Assembly (NCBI GenBank): GCA_019058015.1
Contig: JAHLWH010000230.1
Location: 1 to 32,489, forward strand
Origin: Promethearchaeota archaeon
GTDB lineage: Archaea > Asgardarchaeota > Lokiarchaeia > Sigyniarchaeales > SOKP01
Length of the DNA stretch: 32,489 bases
Direction of reading: 5' to 3'
This document shows, one piece after another, positions 8,906-16,202 of this stretch. The notes below the pieces were generated by a model, which saw only the letters and a program-made list of their open reading frames with translations, was not told the DNA's origin and searched no databases. The number at the start of each line of letters is the position of its first letter. The first letter of the stretch is position 1. The translations under genes were made by a program, and so were the position numbers.

Positions 8906-10387
8906 TTATTTTTTTACATTGAATTCAATTTTTTTGCATTTTGAATTTTTAATTCTTGAAATTTTCTTAACCAAACCGAATCCAGGTTTTACTTCAGCTA
9001 AATCCTTAACTTCTACTAAATTGCCATTTATCAATTTATTAAATAAATCATTTCCAACTTTTGTTCTTGTAATAACTGAAGACCAACCTGCACTTGAGCC
9101 TATTGAACCTACTGAAATATCTGCAAATTCGGATGTTAAATCACTACAATAATGGCATACATCTCTTGCTAAGGAAGTTAATTCTTTTAATGGAACTTTG
9201 GCTTCTTCTCCATTTTTATCTTTGACAATAAATTTTCCTCCACTAATGTCCATTTTTAAAATGTTCTCTAATTTCTTATTAAAAATTTCAGTGCTTATAT
9301 TGATAACATTATCATAGCTGAATGATTCCATGCAGAATAAACCAATAGTATATTTAATATTATTAAAAATAGATGTTCCAATTGGATAAATACTTCCTTT
9401 TTTGAGTGCTAACATCATACATGGAGTTCCAACGACTGCAATTTTATCAAATTTTTGTGCTTCATTCAAAATTGTTAAACTTGGAGAATTAGCATATTTT
9501 GTACCAGCGGTTTTATAAAGACCATCAACATTTTCAATTATAATAGGTTTTGGTCTCCAAATATCTTCAGAATGGGTTACTGCTATCGCAGCATCAATTT
9601 CTTTTTCTTTCAGTAAATAATATAATAATGTTGTTACTATACCACCATCTTGGCATACTTCTTTAATTTCATCACTTTTTGTACTTGCAGTATATGCATT
9701 TATATAATAATTACTTGCGGCACCATCCTTCAAATTAGGATTTAATTTATTTAAAACTGTAAAAATATGCTCAGATGGAAATGACCTCGGGCAAACAGAA
9801 AAACAAAGTCCGCATTTAATGCAAGTCTCAGAATCAATTTTAAGATCATCTGCAAATACTGTTATTGAGCCAACTGGGCATATTGATGAACAATAACCGC
9901 AATTACAACAAAAATTATTCTCAAATACTAAAGAAACTGGCTCAAAATAATTTTCTCGAAAAGAATTATCAAGGGATTTGGCTTGATATCGAACAATTTC
10001 AATCTTTATTTCTTTATCTATCAAATTTCCCTCTTTATTTTTTACTTTTTTGATTTCTGTCTTTATTTCAATTAATTTTTCAACATAACCTTGTTGGGTT
10101 AAATATTCAACTGTTGGTACTAATTTTTTCTTATCATATTCCACTTTCTCCACTATTTCTTCAAGAGTAAGCGGAGGAAGCCCCATTAATTTTTTTAATA
10201 TTAAATTTCTTTCTGTCTCAGCATCGAGAAGTGAATCTAAAATAAAATTAAAATCTTCCTCACTAAATCTTCCAAATTTTAAAATATCATCTTTTCCTTC
10301 ATATAACGCACGAATTTGAAAATTACTTATAGCGTTATATGTAGATTCCATTAAATTTTTTAGATCAATATTTTCTATAAGATCCAC
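8906..10387 (-). CDS. FrhB/FdhB family protein with an N-terminal winged-helix-like extension
   Basis: Two CxxCxxCxxxCP motifs, QDGGIVT, VGTPCM, IGLFCMESF, CHYCSDLTSEFADISVGSIGS. The first ~150 aa contain LTLEEIVEKVEYDKKKLVPTVEYLTQQGYV. GTG start preceded by AGGAAG. Confidence 0.88.
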   Translation of the reverse strand: MDLIENIDLKNLMESTYNAISNFQIRALYEGKDDILKFGRFSEEDFNFILDSLLDAETERNLILKKLMGLPPLTLEEIVEKVEYDKKKLVPTVEYLTQQGYVEKLIEIKTEIKKVKNKEGNLIDKEIKIEIVRYQAKSLDNSFRENYFEPVSLVFENNFCCNCGYCSSICPVGSITVFADDLKIDSETCIKCGLCFSVCPRSFPSEHIFTVLNKLNPNLKDGAASNYYINAYTASTKSDEIKEVCQDGGIVTTLLYYLLKEKEIDAAIAVTHSEDIWRPKPIIIENVDGLYKTAGTKYANSPSLTILNEAQKFDKIAVVGTPCMMLALKKGSIYPIGTSIFNNIKYTIGLFCMESFSYDNVINISTEIFNKKLENILKMDISGGKFIVKDKNGEEAKVPLKELTSLARDVCHYCSDLTSEFADISVGSIGSSAGWSSVITRTKVGNDLFNKLINGNLVEVKDLAEVKPGFGLVKKISRIKNSKCKKIEFNVKK

Positions 10388-10410
10388 CTTCCTAATTAAA
10401 TTTTTTTAAG

Positions 10411-10489
10411 CCCCCATATCCCTTGCAGGGATGTCCCAATAAAATTTCTTAATTTTAAGCTTTCATTTTAAAGATCATTCAAATGGGGG
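10411..10489 (-). promoter_or_regulatory. Eukaryote-like SECIS element (type II-like)
   Basis: mRNA reads CCCCCAU UUGA AUGA UCUUUAAAAU GAAAG CUUAA AA UUAAG AA AUUUUAUUGG GAC AUCCCU GCA AGGGAU AUGGGGG. This gives helix I CCCCCAU/AUGGGGG, an AUGA/GA core, a 10-position helix II (two U.U mismatches), AAA 11 nt after the core, and a CUUAA/UUAAG ministem. It lies directly 3' of two UGA-containing genes. Confidence 0.82.
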
Positions 10490-10946
10490 TTTTGGTTATT
10501 AATTTTTTATCTACTTCTTTTATTTCTGCCTTAATAACTGCTTGATCTGTTTTTAATGGATTCAATCCCAATTTTTCTACTTTATTTACCATATCTTCGA
10601 CCGATTTTACAAATTTTACAGCTTCAGCTCCAGAGCAGTTATACATGTTTACTCGGTCTCCTCCCAGACCACGCCTATCTAGAATTCTCTTAACAAATTT
10701 GACATGCTTTGCGGCAATAAAGTTTCCAGTTTTAAATTCACATTGATTTTCTTGTCATCCTACAACCATTACTCCATCGGCACCATTATTAATTGCATAA
10801 ATTAGGTGTTTTATATCGACTCTACCTGTACATCGCAGACGAATAATTTTTACATTGGGAGTATATTTCAATCTTGAAACACCAGCTAAATCTGCAGCAC
10901 TATAACCTCATTTATTACAAGCAAACGTAATGATATTCATTTTCAT
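10479..10946 (-). CDS. vhuD: Selenocysteine-containing MvhD/VhuD (155 aa; U13, U64), absent from the ORF track
   Basis: Manual translation: MKMNIITFACNK-UGA-GYSAADLAGVSRLKYTPNVKIIRLRCTGRVD...GADGVMVVG-UGA-QENQCEFKTGN...LGLNPLK...TKTPI-stop. The UGAs at 10908-10910 and 10755-10757 align with Cys in the paralog at 2981..3418. AGGTGA ribosome-binding motif lies upstream. Confidence 0.92.
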
Positions 10947-10969
10947 ATATCTCACCTGAATTTTTCGGT

Positions 10970-12913
10970 TTATACATTTACTTCCATTATTAATGCTAGA
11001 ACTTGATTAAATATTTGATCATCTGTATAATATCTAATTTGTATTGCTTGAGTTGGACAACATGTTGCACAGATTCCACACCCGTCACAATTGATCTCAT
11101 CGACCTCAGCAATTTTTCCTTCAGGTACAATAATAGTATTCTTTGGACAAATTTTTTCGCAGCGATAACAAGAAATACAATTTTTTTCATTAACAATCGC
11201 ACATATTAATTCAAGCTCCGCTTCTCCCTTGGATGTCAATTCTGCAACCTTACTTGCGGCTGCTCTCGCTTGAGAAACCGAGTATGATATATTTTTTGGT
11301 CCTTGCGCAAACCCACAAATATAAATCCCTAGATATTTAGTTTCCTGAGGGCTTAAGCCAAAATGATGTTCAGTCAGGTATCCATTTGTATCATAATCAA
11401 TTCCAAGAACATCTGCTATTTGTCTCGTTCCTTTAGATGGTAATACTGCAGTTGATAAAACAACTAAGTCTGCATCAATTTTTATTATCTCATCTGTTAA
11501 TGAAGAATATACTCTTACCTTGAGATTTTTGGTTTCAGAATCCTCTATTAGTTCTGGAACTTTACCCCGAATAAAGTCAATACCTTTATCACGAGTTCTC
11601 ATATAGTATTCTTCAAAGTTCTTTTCAAATGCTCTTATATCAATGTAGCAGATGGTTATATGGCAATCAGGGATTTCTTCTTTAAGTAATTTAGCATTTT
11701 TTAAAGCGATCATGCAACACACACCAGAACAATACGCATTTTCTGTATCTCTCGAGCCAACACATTGAATAAATAATATTTCTTTAGGTGTTTTTCCATC
11801 TGATGGTCTTTTTACATGGCCCATTGTTGGACCATTTGGTGCTAATATCCTTTCAAGCTGGATTTCGTTTATAACATTTTGATATTCTCCATATCCATAT
11901 TCTGTAGGATTATATAAGTCCCAACCCGTTGCAACTATTATTGTACCCACTTCAATTTCGATACATTCAGGTTCTTGACTCAAATCAATTGCATGTGGCT
12001 CGCAAGCATCTACACAAGCATATCATTCAACGCAAGATTCTTTTTCAAGATCATAAACAAAAGGAATAGCTTGCCCAAAAGATATATCGATACATTTTCT
12101 TGAACCTAAATTTTCTTGCCAATAATTTGGTATGTAAATTGGACATACTGGCGTACAATCTCCACAACCATTGCACAAATCTTCTATAACATATCTAGGT
12201 TTTTTCTTTATCGTAACTTCATAATTTCCAACATATCCTTCAACTTTATCAACTTCACTACAACTAATAATTTCAATATTCTCATTTCGATTAGCTTCAA
12301 GCATTTTTGGACCAAGAATTCATATAGAACAATCATCAGTTGGAAATGTTCGATCTAACTGAGCCATTCTGCCCCCAATTGTAGTTTTACTCTCTATTAC
12401 ATACACCCTTATTCCTTGATTTGCCAGATCTAATGCCGCATTTAATCCAGCGATTCCTCCACCAACTACTAAAGTAGATTTTTTTATAGGGATAATTTTT
12501 GTCGGTACTATTTCCAATCTTTTAGCCCTTTCATAACCTGCTCTGCTTAAAATCTTTGCTTTATCGGTTGCTGAAACTTCGTCTTCAGTAATCCAAGAAC
12601 ATTGTTCTCTAATATTTACCATTTGAAAATAAAATTTACTAAGTCCTGCCCGTTCTAAAGACTCTCTATAAATCGGTTCATGAGTTCTAGGAGTTCAAGC
12701 TGCAACTACAACCCGATTAATCTTTTTTTCTTTGATATCGTCCATTATTAATTTCTGTCCTTGTTCAGTACATAAAAAACTAAAGATGCGACTTGTTTCA
12801 ACATTATCAAATTGTTTCATATACTCTGCAACTTCAGAACAATCAACTTTCGCAGAAATATTCAAGCCTCATTGACATGCATAATATCCAATGCGTAAAA
12901 TTTCTTTACTCAA
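10970..12913 (-). CDS. hdrA: Selenocysteine-containing heterodisulfide reductase subunit A (647 aa; U15, U73, U198, U297)
   Basis: ORF-track pieces 12320..12622, 12023..12304 and 10970..11983 are one frame. It extends to TTG at 12913 and is interrupted only by TGA at 12869-71 (ACQ-U-GLNI), 12695-97 (VAA-U-TPRTHE), 12320-22 (DDCSI-U-ILGPKM) and 12023-25 (SCVE-U-YACVDAC). Ends at TAA. Confidence 0.93.
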
Positions 12914-13089
12914 TTTTTTTTCACATCAACTCGTTTTATGATTTTTATTTAAAAATTTATACTATTAGATTAAAAAATTTAAAATGCTCCAAATTAAAAA
13001 AATTTTTTATATTAATTTTCAGATTCAATAATTTTACATTTAGAAATTACCTTATTTAATAACTTTTATCTTAATGATTATATAAATTA

Positions 13090-13256
13090 TTCGATACTGA
13101 CAGAAATGGAAAATAGAATAATTATTCGTTTCGAGAAACCATAAGAAATTATTTTAAGTTATACGGTTTCGGTTATTATTTCCGATTCTCCAAATATTTG
13201 TATGAGATTACTTTCGAGACTGATAACTTTGTTAATAATAATTTCGAAAACTAATA
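13090..13256. promoter_or_regulatory. Repeated TTCGA-N-ACT-like motifs in the divergent promoter region (putative regulator binding sites)
   Basis: TTCGATACTGACA (13090), TTCGAGAAACCATA (13130), TTCGAGACTGATA (13213) and TTCGAAAACTAATA (13243) in an otherwise very AT-rich background. Confidence 0.35.
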
Positions 13257-13320
13257 AAAAATAAAAAAAGAATTTTCAAATCCAAAAATATATTTAATAA
13301 AATTCATTAAATTCCTATAG

Positions 13321-13560
13321 AAATTTAATAACAAGAACAAGATTTGCAAAAGACAGACAATAGAACTATTAAGTAAATATTTCAATTCAAGTAATAGAGC
13401 AAACATTAAAAGAGATGCGGTTAAACATTTGGGAGAAATTGGTGATGAAAAAATTCTTAAGCATCTTTTATAATGTGTAGGAAATTATCATTGAAAAGTT
13501 CGGCTCTTAACTACTAAAATGATAAAAAAATTGAAGCAAGATCGACAAAATAATCAATAA
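13321..13560 (+). pseudogene. Degraded HEAT-repeat (PBS lyase-like) protein remnant
   Basis: IELLSKYFNSSNRANIKRDAVKHLGEIGDEKILKHLL*CVGNYH*KVRLLTTKMIKKL fits the HEAT consensus but has an in-frame TAA (13471) and TGA (13492) and no start codon. Confidence 0.6.
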
Positions 13561-13691
13561 CTTATCTGTTTTTACTTGATGTCTTTTTTTAAAAATTAAA
13601 TTACTATTTAATTTTAATAATTTTTTTTAAGGATAAAGTTTTTTATAAAGTAATTATAACCAAATCTCTGTGTAAATAGAGGTTTTATAGA

Positions 13692-15185
13692 GTGAGTGAA
13701 GAAGTAAATAAAGTAAGATCTGAATCTAAATATGAACATTCTTTTGAATATATAAAAAAGAAATTAGAAGGGAAAAAAGATTCATTTGGAAAATTAGTAA
13801 AGGAAGTTATAAGAACAGGTGTTTGCACTCATTGTGGCACTTGTGCAGCGATTTGCAGTGCTCTTGAATGGGATCCAATTTTAGAAGAACCACGATTAGT
13901 CGGTCAATGTTCTGGGTGTGGAATTTGTTATAATCAATGTCCGAGGACTATTACTAATCCCGAACAACTTGTTGGTCATTTTAAAACAGGTTATGTTACG
14001 AAAAGTGGAATTCCTGAAGTTATTAGTGGTCAGGACGGAGGAACCGTTACGAGCTTATTATGTTATTTATTTGATGAAAATTTGATTGATGGAGCAGTTG
14101 TTACTAAAAAAAATCCAAATAAACCATGGGTTCCGTTGCCTCAACTTATTACTACTAAAGAAGAAGCTATCGAAGCTTCTGGTTCTATTTATAGCCATTC
14201 ACAAACAGTTGATTCTTTAATGGACGGGATTAGAAATGACATGGGCTCTATCGCATTTGTAGGAACTCCTTGCAACATAGATGCTGTGTTTAAAATGGAA
14301 AGTAGTCCACTTGGAATGTTAAAATATTTTATGAGAGCACATGTTTTTAAAATTGGATTATTTTGTATGGATTCATTTTCACATGAAGCATTATTACCAT
14401 TTTTTGAGAAGGAGGGAATTAATTTAGCGGAAATAACAAAAATGGATATCAATAAAGGAAGATTTTATCTTTATAAAGGAGATACAGAAGTAAAATCCTA
14501 TAAAATAAAGGAATTAGATAAATTTAAATCATCAAGTTGCAATTTTTGCACAGATTTAGCTGCTGAAAATGCTGATATCTCGGTGGGTTCTGTTGGAAGT
14601 GGACCGATGAAAAACACAGTTTTAGCACGATCAGGTATAGGAGTAGAAATTATGGAGGACGCTATAAAAAAGGGATATTTTCTTTCTGAACCATTTTCAG
14701 TGGAAAATTTAAATTCTGTCTTGTTCCTAGCAAGATTAAAGAAAGTATCTCAATATACGGTTCTTAAAAGGAAGGTTTTTATAGTTAAAGATATAGATAG
14801 AGAAGAACCATTTAGACCAAGACCAGAATTGAAAGAGCAAGCTGAGGTCGCAACGCCGTTTGGAACAAGAAAAATATTAAGGATTACTCAAAAACTGAAT
14901 GAAAGTCAAACGGCTACTACAATTACAATAGAAAATGTTATTGGATATCTTCTTGAAAATTTACAAATTAGGGTTGCTGTTGTGGAAGAACTATTCGAAA
15001 AACGACCTTGGAGTACAACAATAAAAGAAATTTTTCCTTTTGAATCTATTCAGATTAGTTATCCATTAGAAATTAAAGATGGAAAACATGTTCTTGGAGA
15101 AATAATTATAGATATTTCTGATTCACATAGAAAACTCTTTTTTAAGAAATACTCTCTGAAACCAAAAGAAAAAAAATCAAAATAA
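13692..15185 (+). CDS. FrhB/FdhB family F420-interacting Fe-S flavoprotein with a C-terminal ~100 aa beta-sandwich-like extension
   Basis: CTHCGTCAAIC, CSGCGICYNQCP, QDGGTVT, FVGTPCN, IGLFCMDSF, CNFCTDLAAENADISVGSVGS. Extra C-terminal domain from ~14870. Confidence 0.88.
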   Translation: MSEEVNKVRSESKYEHSFEYIKKKLEGKKDSFGKLVKEVIRTGVCTHCGTCAAICSALEWDPILEEPRLVGQCSGCGICYNQCPRTITNPEQLVGHFKTGYVTKSGIPEVISGQDGGTVTSLLCYLFDENLIDGAVVTKKNPNKPWVPLPQLITTKEEAIEASGSIYSHSQTVDSLMDGIRNDMGSIAFVGTPCNIDAVFKMESSPLGMLKYFMRAHVFKIGLFCMDSFSHEALLPFFEKEGINLAEITKMDINKGRFYLYKGDTEVKSYKIKELDKFKSSSCNFCTDLAAENADISVGSVGSGPMKNTVLARSGIGVEIMEDAIKKGYFLSEPFSVENLNSVLFLARLKKVSQYTVLKRKVFIVKDIDREEPFRPRPELKEQAEVATPFGTRKILRITQKLNESQTATTITIENVIGYLLENLQIRVAVVEELFEKRPWSTTIKEIFPFESIQISYPLEIKDGKHVLGEIIIDISDSHRKLFFKKYSLKPKEKKSK

Positions 15186-15263
15186 TAGATAAAACAATTT
15201 TTCAACAAAATTTTTATAAAATCAAATTAAAAATTTAAATAAGAATAAACGAGATATAAAAAA

Positions 15264-16175
15264 ATGAAAATTAGTTTAATAGGATTGTCTGGTTGTGGCA
15301 AAACCTCTTTATATTCGGTAATATTCGCGGAAAAAACACCTGAAGAAACAAAGAGATTATCTCCAACGATACTCTATGAAACAAGAAGGCATCCTTTTTT
15401 AGGATTAGAAATATCAATTTTTGACTTTGGAGGCCAAGACCAATACATCAAAGAATATCTTGATAAGCCGAAAATATTCATGGGTACGGATGTTTTGATT
15501 CCCGTGGTTGATTTGCACGATCCAAATTCTTTTGATAAATCAAAAAAGTATTTTGAAGATGTTATAAAACTTTATAAAGAGAATTATCAGAAACCAAAAA
15601 TTTGTATGTTTTATCATAAATATGATACTGAAGATTATCAAAAGGAACTTTTAGATACAAATATAATAAAAGCTCGAGAGATTTTTTCGGACATATTCAA
15701 AGATTATAAGCCACAAACTTTTCTAACGAGTATCTATGATCAACAAAATTTAACAAAGATCTTCAGAGATATATTAATGGGATCTTATTCAGAATTAAAG
15801 GGTCATATAGAAAAAGCGGAAAAGCACTTACAGGAGATAAATGCGAGAATTATTATTTCCGATATATCAGGAAATGTATTAGTTCATAATGTTCAAGGAG
15901 TTTCAAGCGGACTATCATTAAGGGCAGATTTAAGAGATTTTATTAGTTCCTGTAATGTAATTAGAGAGAATGTTTTTTTATCTGATTCTGCAGAGTTTAA
16001 AGGAAATTCAGAAGAAGGTAAAGAACTTCAACTGTATATTTTTAAATATATATTAGCTGTTTTAATAATGAAATCGGAAGGGGAATTGGATCCTGAATCT
16101 TCTGAGAAGATTCGTGTATTGTTAAAAGATATGAAATTATTTTCTGACATAATTGTTTCTATTCATTCTGAATAA
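15264..16175 (+). CDS. Rag/Gtr1-like small GTPase with a C-terminal roadblock-like domain
   Basis: G1 GLSGCGKTS followed by SVIF, G2 LSPT, G3 FDFGGQ, G4 HKYD and G5 TSIYD; HKxD and TSIxD are typical of the Rag family. C-terminal IIISDISGNVLV is roadblock-like. Confidence 0.85.
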   Translation: MKISLIGLSGCGKTSLYSVIFAEKTPEETKRLSPTILYETRRHPFLGLEISIFDFGGQDQYIKEYLDKPKIFMGTDVLIPVVDLHDPNSFDKSKKYFEDVIKLYKENYQKPKICMFYHKYDTEDYQKELLDTNIIKAREIFSDIFKDYKPQTFLTSIYDQQNLTKIFRDILMGSYSELKGHIEKAEKHLQEINARIIISDISGNVLVHNVQGVSSGLSLRADLRDFISSCNVIRENVFLSDSAEFKGNSEEGKELQLYIFKYILAVLIMKSEGELDPESSEKIRVLLKDMKLFSDIIVSIHSE

Positions 16176-16202
16176 TATTTTTAAAACGATCAAACGATAA
16201 AA

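Noticed and set aside
10479-12913. hdrA/mvhD as pseudogenes or sequencing errors
   Set aside because: All six interruptions are TGA, in frame and at conserved Cys positions, with no frameshifts or TAA/TAG, and a SECIS-like fold follows.
12926-12928. Fifth in-frame TGA upstream of the hdrA start
   Set aside because: It lies 5' of the TTG start, next to the putative GTGA ribosome-binding region, and there is no HdrA similarity upstream.
13090-13256. CRISPR array
   Set aside because: The repeats are short, imperfect and irregularly spaced, and no cas genes are present.
13492-13494. TGA in the HEAT remnant as selenocysteine
   Set aside because: It sits at a typical Trp position (xxWxVR), is accompanied by an in-frame TAA, and has no SECIS nearby.
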